Assembly: GCA_032718475.1 (NCBI GenBank)
Contig: JAUCBJ010008622.1
Location: 1-64,000 of the forward strand
From: Nemertoderma westbladi
Taxonomy: Eukaryota; Animalia; Xenacoelomorpha
Reading direction: 5' to 3'
DNA: 64,000 bases
Positions 12,933 through 26,100 of this stretch are shown piece by piece. Every line of letters starts with the position of its first letter. Position 1 is the stretch's first letter. Below the pieces are notes generated by a model that was not told the origin of the DNA, made no database searches, and saw only the letters and a program-made list of their open reading frames with translations. The translations under genes were made by a program, and so were the position numbers.

Positions 12933-13426
12933 TGTTGTTTCTCAATATTGGTGGTTCGAACGATAATAGCACAGTAAATCAGTAATGATACAGAAAATAT
13001 GATAGCAGAAAATACAGATTAATTGATGATGTTAATGGCAGTGACGGTCATTAACTATGACCTGTCTGCAACTGAGTAACTGAATCAACTGACCGGTAAA
13101 TCAGTAATGTAGGATAATATATGATTAACACACAAGAATATTGATTTCACCTCTTACTGTACTTTGTCCCTCTGTACCCAATGGATGCTTTCTTATGTCT
13201 AATCACATGCTTCCCTCCCCACTATTGGCTAATATACTAATTGTCACTTTGGCACTCCCTGTGAGTGTTTCCCCCTGCTGCTAGCTTCTACTAGCTGTGT
13301 TCCCTCCGAGGTGGTTTGACCTCTCACCTCTCTCTGTGGCTTTAGGGCTTGTGTCGCCCCCCCTCCCCCCCCCACCAATGTTGGATATGAGACGAGATTA
13401 ATATTGGTAATCTCGTATCCCCAACA
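12933..13426 (-). mobile_element. putative 5' LTR of BEL/Pao element 1
   Basis: TGTTG...CAACA termini at 12933 and 13426, immediately upstream of gag. A PBS-like TGGCCTTCGG follows at about 12901-12910 on the minus strand. Confidence 0.55.
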
Positions 13427-14384
13427 TATTCCGCTTACAGTTAACCTGGTGGGTACAAAGTAGGATTCTGTATGGATCTAAGGGAGTGGATTGGGAGGGT
13501 TTACTACATTCCATGGCTACACAAGCGGACCGTATTGGGATTAAGGAGAAGATGGAATGGGGATGCATTCTAGAATGGAATTTACATAAGATTAAAAAAT
13601 GGCATGAGTCTCGGAAGCAATCATACAGTGGATCGTACTACCGGAGTGGGCAGTAGTTGATCGGGTAGTGTATAGCCCGCTAGTGTAGTGTCCTCTAGCA
13701 TCTGATAGGGACATCAATCTGGATTCTTACAGACCATGGTTAACCTGTCATGAAGAACAATTATGGATGACCAACGGGAAGTGCTGAGTTTAGGGTTTAA
13801 CTTTGTCCTGGTAATGGAGAGTGGGGACAAGGAAGGGATGCAAGAAAGGGACCGGGATATCAAAGCTAGGTACGAAACTATGGAATTTATTAAAGAGATG
13901 GGATAGATTAGACGATACAGTGCTGGTCTCAGGGGTACGAGTGGGTGAAATGCGGGGCTCAGATGGGTTAGGAGACGTAAGCTTTTACGCGACCCCGACG
14001 ATTTCGCAAGTTGGGACGGTGGCTCGGGGGAATGGGATGGACAGAATGGTAGAGATGGAAATGATTATGAACCATTGGACCCAAGAGGGAACACTAGTGG
14101 CAGCCGAAGAGAGTTTGATGGGAATGATGAACAATGACGGAGGTAGGAAACTGAGATACATCCCGTTAGCGATCCCTTAAAAGCATAGGTATGTATATAG
14201 GCATATGAATCTACATGTAGGAAACTGGCAAATAATCCCACGAGCAAATTTCAAGAATGAATAGATAAGGACCATTAAGGATATGGGTTTAAAGGGGGAA
14301 TCGATGCATAGGTACCTAATTCCAAGGCACCCGGCAGATGGGTACATGTACCCTTTATTTAAAGATCATAGCTACTAGGATCGG

Positions 14385-16095
14385 CATGCTGCATTGCAGC
14401 TGCATTTTTAAGAATGCTGTGCCGGCTTATCGACAAAATTGCACCGCCACAACTCCCTATCACCCATGACATTTGCTAGATCATCCGCATCTTCAAGGCC
14501 AGTGTCCTTTAATATGCGTCTCAAGAAAGTCATGGGCTGTCCACCATGCTTATTCACTCCATGAGGCTGCCAAAGTACAAGATTATGCACTGGCTGGTCC
14601 TCACGGCGAAAGCAATGTCCTGCAAAGCGGAGGCGATTATGTTCTAGTGTCAAGCTTGGGGGAACCAATGAGACACCTCCAATGTTATATAGTGTCTGGT
14701 TGGAGATGTGTGCATTGTACTTGACACAATGAACCCGGCGTAGCATTCTTGTGAATGTGCCATCCAGAGATTTGGTGTCCTCAGCAGTTAGAGCCCAGCA
14801 TGGACTCCCATAGAGGAGTACTGGAACTACAACTGCTCTAAATAACTGGACCTTAAGTTTCCGATTAATTCTCGGTGGCTTCCAAATCCTGGAAAGCCTA
14901 TTCAAGGCTGCCCATGCCTTTCCCTTACGTATTCGAAGGTCCTCACCTGACTTCCGGATCCATGATCCCAGGTAACATAAGTCATCCACATGCTCAAGCA
15001 TACCATCTTTTGAGCTTATGCTCATCCGATCAGAGGTCTTGCTCTTTCTGGAGTTAATAAAAAGACCAACACTAGAAGCAGCATGTTCTAATGAGCTGAG
15101 GAGCCGTTGGGCTCCCTCTAGTGATTCTGAGAGTACTCCTATGTCATCAGCAAAGTCTAGATCAGTTAGGTACTTGGCAGGATTTCCTCGACTTCTGGAG
15201 CCAGTAGGTGGAGTTATCATCACCCCATCATCATTATGATGATCTAAGGACATGCGTAGAACATAGTCAACAACAATTATGAACAAGAATGGTGCAAGTG
15301 TGTCTCCCTGGAGGACACCCCATAACACTTCAAATGGTTCTGTGTCACCGTCAACAGTAGACACAAATGTTGTCGAACCATCGTATACTGATCTGATTGC
15401 TGCAATAATTTCATCAGGAATCCCATATAATGAAAGTATGCTGAACATACGTGAGCGAGAGACTGAATCAAAGGCCTTGAAGAAGTCAACAAAGATAACA
15501 GCCAGGTGCCTGTCTTTCTTTTTTGATAACTCTTCAATTATCCTTCTAAGTGCCAAAATGGGCTCCATGGTCCCACGACCTTTACGGAACCCATTCTGAT
15601 TTCCACGGAGCAGTCTCTCAATGGGATCCCTGATGCGATTTAATAGAATTCTATTGTATAGCTTTGCAGCAATCGAGATCAATGAGATTCCCCGAAAAGA
15701 ACCATAGAGTGTTAGGTTTTCATTTCTTGTGGGACTCTTGTTGTTCGGTACATGTCTACTATGATGGGATAGATGAGCTTTAAACACTCAGGTATTTTAA
15801 AGACCTCAGGGGGAACACCATCTACTCCACTGGCACGATTGGTCTTAATGCTCTTTGCAGCAGCCTTCACTTCTGCAAAGGAGATATCACCAATTGGAAT
15901 ATCTGGGAGTACAGACTCAGACACTTTTACTTCTATAAAGCTATCAGGCAATACCCTGTCATTACTGAGGAGCTTTTCAAAGTGGGCTTTCCAACCATTG
16001 AGGCGATCGGCTGGTGATTCAGCCTTAACCTTGGTGGTTGGTTGGCTTTTCCGCCCAGTAAGCAAATTGATCAGGGAATACAACGTCTCAAGTAC
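14385..16095 (-). mobile_element. RTE-clade LINE reverse transcriptase, 5'-truncated (copy 2, best preserved)
   Basis: RASGVDGVPPE, FRGISLISIAAKLY, FVDFFKAFDSV, GVLQGDTLAPFLF, LDFADD, YLGS, LRFAGHCFR. One frameshift near 15715. Confidence 0.95.
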
Positions 16096-18275
16096 TCAGG
16101 GGCCATTCCATGAATAATTTTATAGAAATAAAGAAGGCAATTAGCAGTCCGTCTGTCAGAAAGATTTTGAATTCCACACTCATTGTATAGTTTCGAATGT
16201 TGGGTTCTAGAAGGCGCACCAGTTGCTATGCACAATACCTCGAGCTCAATGTTGTTGAGCATATCAGATAACCCTTCTGTAAGGTTACACCAAACCGGAT
16301 TCGCATACTCTAGCTTAGGCCGGATAAATGACTTATAGATTGAAATTATCGTAACTACCAAACTATTTGAGGAGACAACCGCGTACACCAGCCCGCTCAA
16401 GTTTATATAGAATTCCCTTGTGCCACACGCTGTCAAACGCCTTCGATATATCACAGAATATTATTTGGGTGACGTCGCCATCATCCCACGCTTGGCACCA
16501 TTCGTCATATAGTTTTAAGAGCTGATATATACATCCGTCGCCTGGCATAAAACCAGACTGTTGTCTAGAAATCTTATCAATAAAAAAATTCCACACGTGA
16601 TTTCTAACAATTAGTTCAAAGATTTTGGAGATAATACAAAGAAGGGAGATTGGACGGTAATTATTACAAAGGTAAAATTCGTCTTTTTTATGTATAGGAT
16701 GGATGTGTGCCAATTTCCAGTAGTCAGTGAAAATGGCAGTCTTCAAGGATAAATTAAAGAGACGAGTTATGACTTTCACAAAAATGGGATCAAGAGACTT
16801 AATCAATCTGGCTGACACTCCGTCGTGCCCAACCGCTTTCCCAACAATGAGGGATGATATTCCCTTTTTGACCTCGTCCTCTGAAATAGTTAAATTTTCG
16901 ATTAAACTGTCACTTGGCAGGGCGTTTGGTAGCTCTGGTAATTTACTCTGTCTTTGGGGTAAATGAGTTTGACTTGCAAAATATAAGTTTAAACATTCAG
17001 CCTTGTCACAAGATTTAGATAGGTAAGTATCATTTTCAATTAAAAATGGAATGTTTGAAAATTTAGTTTTTCCTAGAATGTCCTTTACATGTGAGAACCA
17101 TTCCTTCTGTGTCATTGATTTGCTAGATTTAAAATCATCATGTAATTTGTTTTTGTAATTTTGCTTGGCCAATCGGACCTCACCAATAACATAATTACGG
17201 TAGCGGCGATATGCAGCCCATGCTATAGAACCATCAGTTGTTTTAATAGCTGATTTATGTAGTTTTCTCGTTGCCTAAAACATTTCCTTAAATGGGGGGT
17301 AATCCATTTAGGATCCGTTGTTCGAGTTTTAAACGTTTTGGTAGGCACAAAGCGGGATATGCCCTCAATGAGATAATTGTTCTATTTATCTACAACAGCA
17401 TCAGGATCTCTTACAGCAAACTCTTGCTCAAAATGTACAATTTCCAAAAACGAATTAAAACCAATCCAGTCGTCCCCATCGTAATTATAAATTGTTCTGG
17501 AATGTAAAGGAGGCCTACTGACATCGCAAGTGACAAACAAACGGGTTGATGGTCAGAGATTGGTAATGTAGAGCTATCATATTAAGTTGCGGTAGGGGAT
17601 TAGATCCCAAAACAAGAGAGTGAAGGTCTGTAAACATTAGATCTAGACAAGTATGTGAGGATAGGCGGGTTACATTGTGAATGTACTGTTTAAGACCAGT
17701 AGTTGAACAGAAATGTTGAATGGATGGAGTGTCATTAACCAGGCAATTAATATTAAAGTCGCCAGTGACAACCAATCCGTCATATTTGTTAGTTCTGCAG
17801 ATGTCATGTAGATGTAAATGGCTTCACAGAATGAGTCTTCAAAGGAAACACGTCTCCGATGAGGCAGTGACTCTTTAATTAAGACACCAACTCCACCATA
17901 TCCATCACTTCTTGGGTTATTGTAAAATTTGTAACCAAATTGGTTCAACTCACATTCATTTTTTTTAACATCCTGATAGCTAAGCCATGTTTCAGTTAAA
18001 AAATAAATGTCAATGTCCAAGTCAATAATGGACTGGAATATGAAGTCGACTTTGGCAGTGGAAAATATAGGCCCCGCTCTAGGAAGTAAACTGTGCACAT
18101 TTAAATGATGGATTCCTAGAGGGCCTGGCTGTGATTCAATATCCCCACCTAAAAGTAGTAAGAGTAACAAACATTTTACACACAAAATCACTGCTGCGCT
18201 ATAGAAATCAGATAATGATAACTTGAGACCGGTAGAGTTAAAATTACTTAATATCATAATAATTCTTATATCCAA
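16096..18275 (-). mobile_element. CR1/L2-group LINE ORF2 (APE + RT), decayed, RT core deleted
   Basis: LNVHSL, FLTETWL, GYGGVG, TGDFNIN, TCLDLMFT (APE); YRPISLL, QSGFMPG, DISKAFDSVWH (RT), then a direct jump to YKSFIRPKLEYA. Confidence 0.9.
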
Positions 18276-18974
18276 TATACATACCAGAAATCAAAAGTTC
18301 AAACATATATAAAAGTACCGGTATATCTATACACACACACCATTAAAGTCACGTCATTTATGATACCACTGTTATTCTGTTATATATATAGGTATACATA
18401 ATATAACTGTACCGAGCATTTATATCCTGCTACTATTATTGGTTAAATATACACCCGTAATTATACTATACAGAGTGAAGAAATAATTCGAAAGTTGCAG
18501 TAGGTAATGCTACCGCATTACAGTGCAATTAACTGTCTAACTATACTACCTGTCCGGTAGGGTACTATGTGATTTGAGAGAAAATATTTGGGAAATAATT
18601 GGCCTACTGGTGCCACTCTAATAGCAGTAGTATGTTATGACATTGAAAGAAAATATTGGAGAAAAATTTAAATATTGCAGTGCAGTAGGCCTACCGGATT
18701 ACTTATGATATAAGTCATAACCTACTAAAAAACTCCTGAATATAAAAAAAGAAAATCTTGACTGAATATAAAAAAATAAAATCTTGAGAGAAAAATTCTG
18801 GTATATAGGGACAAAAATTATTTCGTTCATGTATTTCATATCAAATAACACAATCAACCACCAAAAATAATCCAGAATACCGGTATTGGTACCGGTACCC
18901 ATCCTAAGAATAATGTGGGCATGCCTACCGTACCAGTAACCTTTAGATAACATGGGTAACATTACAGGCTAACT

Positions 18975-19340
18975 AGTTAACACAGTCAGACAGTATCGGA
19001 TAAATATTACAGAATACGGATAGTATATTTAGAACCATACTAGCCATCACCATCGGAGTCAAGGACGGAATAAGCGTTTGTCAGTGGACAGGGACTGGGG
19101 GTGTTATGGCTTCCACTTACTTTGATGGTACGACCGCGACTGTCATGATGATATCCGCGATGCCCTCCCCTGTTGAGAGTGGATGGGTGGGGATTGCCAT
19201 TAGCGGAGCCATGTCCGATGTTGCCTTGCCGGGTGCAGGAAGCAACCGGGTTAGAGAATGAGGCACCAGAGTCGAGAACATTGGCACCTTCATCGGAAAC
19301 CGAGGGCCTGGACTCTGTACCGGTAACGGTAGTCGTTCCA
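18975..19340 (-). mobile_element. probable 3' end of ORF1 of the same LINE
   Basis: Low-complexity ORF ending PLTNAYSVLDSDGDG*, upstream of ORF2 on the same strand. Confidence 0.4.
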
Positions 19341-19344
19341 GTGG

Positions 19345-22300
19345 GATAGATTGGGATAATAAACATCCAGATTCTCGTATTTAATATCCTTTATGACCTT
19401 ATTAACTGTATGTATTACATTTATTGTTGCATTTATAATATTAGTACTTGAAATGCAGATCTCATATCCAATATCTGGTCTTGTTTGATTAAAGATCCAC
19501 ATTGAGTTGTCCCAATACAGTATTAAATGATTTTTTACAATTATCATTTAGTTTATCTTCACTGTACTGATGCGATGGTCCTCAATTTCCCGTAGCTCTT
19601 GTTTATAGTTGTCTTGGCTAATAGTTATACCTTCAGTTGTTTGAATAAGCCTATAGCCTAAGGCTATATATTTAAAGGTACCAAGTTCTTCATGACTCAA
19701 TAGAAATTGTGATTAACCCGACTATCAAAAACTTATGTACCACTGTAAACAATATCATCAACATGGGTCACAGCAATTCCATGTAATGTACCCGATATCT
19801 TGTAAATAAACATTGCTGGATCAATCTTACTGACAGTCATGCCCAATTTTAACAATTGGTCCCTAAATCGTGTGTACCACATTCTAGGTGCATCGAACAA
19901 TCCATAAATGCATTTCTTTGGTTTCTATATTTTCTTTGGAATGTGACATTCTTTTGGAGGCTGAACATATACTTCATGTGAAATCCCCTGTAAAAAGGCA
20001 GCATGAACATCAAATGACTTGAGTTCCCAGTTGTTGCTCACTATTGTGGCCAAAACCATCCTAAAACTTACCTTACTACATATTGGTTAATCACAGCAAA
20101 CATCTGTAATTTCTTCGAAGCCCCTTGCTACAATACAAGCCTTGCTTTCACAAATTTATGACCATTGAGTTCTTTTTCTGTTAATATCATCAACAAACAT
20201 CATTTTCTTTCCAACTTGTCAGTTCTTTTACCTTAGCATCCATTATTTCCCGCACTGAATAAGTTTTATGGGTAACAGTGGTTACTAAAACTTCATTTAA
20301 GGTTTCATCTTTAATTTTCCATTGACTCACATAATCTGGCCAGTCTACACATTTTGGTTCCATTTCATCAGCAACTTTAATGTTTACAAATGTATTATAC
20401 TTCCCAGTTGACTTGAGTTTGCTTAATATCTTGCCTTCCTTCCATTGTTCAGATTCATATGGTCGAAATAAAACAGTATTTCGAATCTTTGGAATTATTG
20501 AACCATTCTTATAAGAATGTATTTCCGTATCTTTACTAATTTCAATTTGGTACCAAAAAGTTCAACCGTGTTCGTAGTAAAACATAAAGAAGCTCCAGCC
20601 TTTTTAAGTGATGTATTACTTAATAGTAATGGCAGATTATTGTCAACTCTATAAACACTGAAAGATGCCTAAGAAATGCTGGTATTTTAACCAACATATC
20701 TGATATAACAGGGTTTCCAACTCAAAATTTGAAAGGTGTGCAACAAGATGTAATTTATATTAATCTATCATCTTCTTCACTGAGAGTTTCCCTGTATATA
20801 TTCAACCAATCTCGCCCACAAACTGTATGCGTACAGCCAGTGTATGTCTATAATTACGCACGATAAAGCCTCCTTTACAAACAGGCAGCCGACCTCTGAC
20901 ACAGATTCCATAAGCCGATCAACATTACTGATCCCATTGACAGCTTCACCAATATCCCCTCACATGATTGAAAAAATGTGTAAAACACTCTCTCTCCATT
21001 TGTATTATCATAATTGTAATTAAAATCTGCATTATCTCTATAACTATCATCAAGAAATGCTTGGTGTAATTATGTTCTGTACTGTTGCAATTATAACAAC
21101 GTCGCACATATCCACTTGAATCAAACATATTGGCGAGCCCTGAAACTAGGTTGGCCAGATCTACCAGTACTGATACAAGATCCTCTGAATTGCAATCTTG
21201 GACCTCGTTGTAAATATCTCGATTAAAGTTACCCCTTTGAACCCAACCTCTTTGATCCCTCCTAGATCCATAAAAACCTCCCCTATGATCATTCACAAAC
21301 AATATCTCTGCATCACTATGAACCGGTTCAATCTTAATTTTATCCTCTCTTCCTCCAGTACCACTACCGGTAGCACTCACACTAATACCACTAGTGGAAC
21401 TTCCTTGCAGTACAAAGTCATATATCCTCAAAAGTGTGTCAGACATTCCCTCATAATTTCTGTAGTCGTAGCCATAGCCAAATATTTTTATCTCTAGCAA
21501 TTCACACTTTTTAACAGCCTATAAGCTAAAACAGGCCCAGGAAATTCAAATTTGTATTTTTTTATCTTTTCAACAAGACGCTCAAAATCTATAACAAATT
21601 CTCAATCAAACTATCTTTATCTCTAACAAATTCTTCAAATTCCGCATAAGACTGATACGCAGCCTGTGAATCTTTTTTTTAATGTATATATCAAGTTTCA
21701 GTAACACATGAGCAAGTCAGTTAGCCTGTTTTACCTGATCAACGCTAAGTGAGGATACAGCATCTTTAGGCTTACCTTTCAACTTCAAATAAACCGCCAT
21801 TCCATGTTTTGCTACAGGTAAACTTGTTAGTTCAGACCATACCTCTATGTCGAACTTCCACTGTTCATATTCATTCCTGCTGGCTTTATCTTTAAGCGCT
21901 GGTGGAATCTTCCACAATACACTACCACTGCCACCAGTCATCCCAGTTGTACTGGTAGGTCTACCTGTACCTCCAGTTGCCATATTAAAACTTAAAAGGT
22001 ACATATTCAATTAATTGTAATAGCAAACAGGCGCCACTCCGTTAATAGCAATAGGCCTAACTGTCTAATACAGTAGTAGTTAGGTCTACCCTAATTTAGA
22101 GTTCCCAGTTCTGCAATTTGCCATATACCAGTATACATACATCTACCAGCTGACCAGAACATCGATTTACAAATCTTCTTATTGCTGAGAACCAAGCTCT
22201 GCTACCAAAATGTGAAATAGATAAGGGGCCGTCCAAGTATGACGTCAGCACTTTAGGGGGGGGGGGGGGGGGGGGGTTAGGAAAATCTGATGACGTGCTG

Positions 22301-22648
22301 ATGAGGGGAGGGGATGGGGTCAGCCAAAATCTGACGTCAGCATGTTCATTTATAGGTGCTAGAAGAGATATAGCAGAAGAGTAAATACTGTAGCTTGCCT
22401 ATTTTAATTGTTAGAAGCCCCCAAAGGCCCGTAGCACGACCTTCTGTTTCAGTTACCAGTCACCATGTTTCAGTGATTAGGACGCGAAATTTTTTTTAAT
22501 CTGATTTAAGGGAGGGAGGGGGTCAACATTTTGGGGAAAAGTGCAGACGTCATACCTGGACGGCCCCTAATGTGATATAATACTCAGTTAATCATAACAT
22601 AAATCAGTCCTTCCTATTAGAATGCTAGCGTTCTAATAGGAAGGACTG
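19345..22648 (-). mobile_element. Copia LTR retrotransposon, GalEa-like, decayed; integrase not found
   Basis: PBS TGGTAGCAGAGC (tRNA-Met) at 22196-22207 after an LTR end at 22211. Gag PPAL...YEQWKFDIEVW; protease TGCTHTVCG; RT FDVHAAFLQG, IYGLFDAPRMWY, DPAMF, QTRPDI. Confidence 0.88.
22225..22567. mobile_element. PIF/Harbinger-type MITE inserted in the Copia LTR
   Basis: TAA|GGGGCCGTCCAAGTATGACGTC ... GACGTCATACCTGGACGGCCCC|TAA. Confidence 0.88.
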
Positions 22649-22850
22649 GTGAGTGTGAATGCTACCGGTAGTGGTACTGGAGGAAGAGAGGATAAAATTA
22701 AGATTGAACCGGTTCATAGTGATGCAGAGATATTGTTTGTGAATGATCATAGGGGAGGTTTTTATGGATATAGGAGGGATCAAAGAGGTTGGGTGCAAAG
22801 GGGTAACATTAATCAAGGTTCAGTACGGGGAAGATATAGATATATAGAGA
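22649..22850 (+). mobile_element. inverted copy of a Copia gag segment
   Basis: SVNATGSGTGGREDKIKIEPVHSDAEILFVNDHRGGFYG is nearly identical to about 21225-21385 on the opposite strand. Confidence 0.85.
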
Positions 22851-23132
22851 TATAAGATAATAATTAATTGTACCTGTATAACGGATTGAAAAAAACCGTG
22901 AGGGTAAGATCCGGTTTGTAAATATAACAACAATAATATGCTATAAAGCAAAATAAAAACCAATATCTTACAAAAAGAAAATATTTTTTTTACAAATTTT
23001 CGACTCGACATGAGTCTTATTCATGTATTTATTTCCATAAATATGATTACTGTACATTCTAATAAATATTGTTGCCTAGGTTATTATAAATGTATATAAT
23101 TGAATTTCTTATTATTCAATGTGAATTATTAA

Positions 23133-26100
23133 TCAGTCTGGTTTGAACGCTTCCATTCCTTTAGAATTAATCATGGCTTCGTTTGTTGTGTTTAAACCAT
23201 ATGGCTCAAGCGTCTGCAAGTTTGTCTGGTAGTAACCCTCTTTTATTCTCAGTGCCTGTTTCAATGTTTCGCTATTTAGATTTGTAACTCTCTCTATGGG
23301 TGTGGGGCGAGCCACGAAGTTGGCGGAGCCTTAGCGAATTGACACTGTTAGGGGGTGGGTCAATTTATGCAAATAGTTGTCGTCGTCGTCGTCGTCGTCG
23401 TTGTCATCGTCGTCGTCGTCGTCGTCATTGTCGTCGTCGTTACGATTTTGACATGCTAATAACTTTGTCGGATTTAAAGCTGCCAAGTTGAAAATTTGTA
23501 GGTATCAATATGAGCAAAAGTTGAGATTTTTGAGAGACTTTCAGACACCATCAGTGCAATGGTCTCCCGCTAGAGGGCCCCATGTCTAAACATTAAATGC
23601 CCTCCCATTTCTTTGCTTTTAATCCGTTTAAGCTGAAACTTGGCAGATATGTATTAGACCATTAGCTGTGACTTTCAAAGGAGGCGAATCCATCTGCAGT
23701 TCTCCAGTCTGCCGCTAGAGGGCCAAAGGTCTGAATGTGAAATCGTTGTCGTCGTTACGATTTTGACATGCTAATAACTTTGTCGGATTTAAAGCTGCCA
23801 AGTTGAAAATTTCTAGGTATCAATATGAGCTAAAGTTGAGATTTTTGAGAGACTTTCAGACACCATCAGTGCAATGGTCTCCCGCTAGAGGGCCCCATGT
23901 CTAAACATTAAATGCCCTCCCATTTCTTTGCTTTTAATCCGTTTAAGCTGAAACTTGGCAGATATGTATTAGACCATTAGCTGTGACTTTCAAAGGAGGC
24001 GAATCCATCTGCAGTTCTCCAGTCTGCCGCTAGAGGGCCAAATGTCTGAAAGTGCAATCGTTGTCGTCGTTATGATATTGACATGCTTATAACTTTGTCG
24101 AATTTAAAGCTGCCAAGTTGAAAATTTGTTTTGTTGAAAATAAGTTCAACAGTCACCCGCTATAGGACTACTTTATGCCTGAAAGTGAATAGATTCTCCC
24201 GTCTCATTGATTTTAATCAGTTTAAGCTGAATCTTGCCATATATTCTGGACCACATGCTGCGTCTTTGTGGGGGGGGGGGGGGAGATTTAATCGGTCTGC
24301 CGCTATACGACGAAATTTCTGAAAGTGAGATCCGTCTCTCATTTCGTTATCCGTTATTCAAGATGAAACTTGGCCGATGTACGTATGTACTATTCATCCA
24401 TAGGCTGTGTCTTTGTGGGGCTGGAGACCCTAATCCATCTTCAGTTCTCACTATACCGCTAGAGTCAGAAATGGCTGAATAGAAATGAAAGAGGTAAAAA
24501 GTGATTAGGCGAAATCTGCTTAAAATTTGCTAATACAGTAATACTTTCGAATTAGTACTTAAATTAAATTTAAGTCACGTGCTGCGCGAAGGCCCCACTT
24601 CGTGTTATCCTAAAGTCGTTGAAGTTGTGGTCTGCTTGGATAAAGTGCTGGTCAATTTTACAAGATGGTTTTTTTTTCTTGTTTGTTATTTGTGATTTGT
24701 AATTAGATATTCTTGCCTTGAAGTTCATTGCTGATCCGACTCCCTGTTTTCTGCATTTAAGACAGTTTACTAAATAAGTTACATTTTTCGTGTCACATGT
24801 TAAATTTTCATTTATCTTGTATTTAAACTTTTTATTCCTGGCTGTTGATGCGAACACTTTTAAAGGCATTATTGACTGGCCTGGTACACACTTTGCCCTA
24901 GTGCAATACGTTGCTTCTCCCTTTCTTGATTGGTTCTTGTCCCCCTCGTCCAGTTCTGGAATTTTGTACCTGGATGGTGCTAGATGGTTCTGTAATGTTG
25001 GTGCACGTCAGTGGACTACCTTTATTTTCAGTTTATTGAAAAAGTTATTTAGCTCGGGGTCATGCATGAAACTTGATTTGTGTTTTGATATGATTCTGGG
25101 CAATGAAGGCATTTTTGGCTCGTTCTTACCAACGTAGTATATTGTTTCTTTCTCTGGTCTCTTTTTTGTTTCTTTTTCCCTGCTTTTCTTGTATTCTAGA
25201 ACAGCTGCTGATGCAAATTGTTTTGTTACTTCACCAACATCCCAACCTCGTGCAACAAAAGCTGCGCCGAAGTTTACAAGCTGACCAAACAAGGCATCAT
25301 TTTGACTACAATTGCGTCGGAGGCGTAGGGCCACACCATAAGGAATATATTTTTTCTGTTCTTCATGGTGAGAGGTGGTGTTGTGCAAGTACTGATGTAC
25401 GTCTAGAGGTTTAAAATACGTATCTGTCTGTATTAAGCCTTCTTTCACCAATATATATTTTGAGATCTAGGTAATTTACTGACTTTCCTTTCTGCTCAAT
25501 GCAAAATGTTATTTTGCCTGGTTTAACTTCATTATTTAAATCAGATGTGAAACTTTCTAATTTAACGTCTATATCCGCTAAGTATAATGCCAAAATGTCG
25601 TCTCGGTAGCGACCATATTCTTCTGGAAAATTTGTGCTTTTATACGCCACTGTGTCAATCTTGTGAGCACCATAACCGTCTGTATAAGTGCATGAATATG
25701 AGGGACCCATAGCTGACCCGCTAGCCTGTGTATAATGTTGACTATTGAAGCTGCAATTGTTTGTTACTAAGCAAAGTTCTAAACCTTCTAAAATACATTC
25801 AGGGGGCGGCGATTCTGGTAATAAAAGGTCTTGATGCATTTCAAGTAATTCTCTGATACTGTCGAGGCTATCGGCATTATCAACACTTGGGAAAAAATTC
25901 GTTATATCTATACAAGCAAACTCTGCACTATCTGGAAGTGGTGCGTACTTGTTGTTGAACAATTCAATTTTGTCTAGTAAGTGCAAAGTATTCTTAATAT
26001 ACGAGTTGTGTTGCGTTGCTAGGGGTTTCAAAAAATATTCCAATAACTTGCCTAAATTCTCAGACGCAGTTCCGCAACAGGATAATATATTTCTAAGTGC

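Noticed and set aside
13379-13426. Imperfect hairpin as a separate mini-element or ncRNA
   Set aside because: Lies at the putative LTR terminus, single copy, no TSD.
13430-14370. ORF 13821-14180 and surrounding sequence as a gene
   Set aside because: No recognisable motif or splice structure; probably decayed element sequence.
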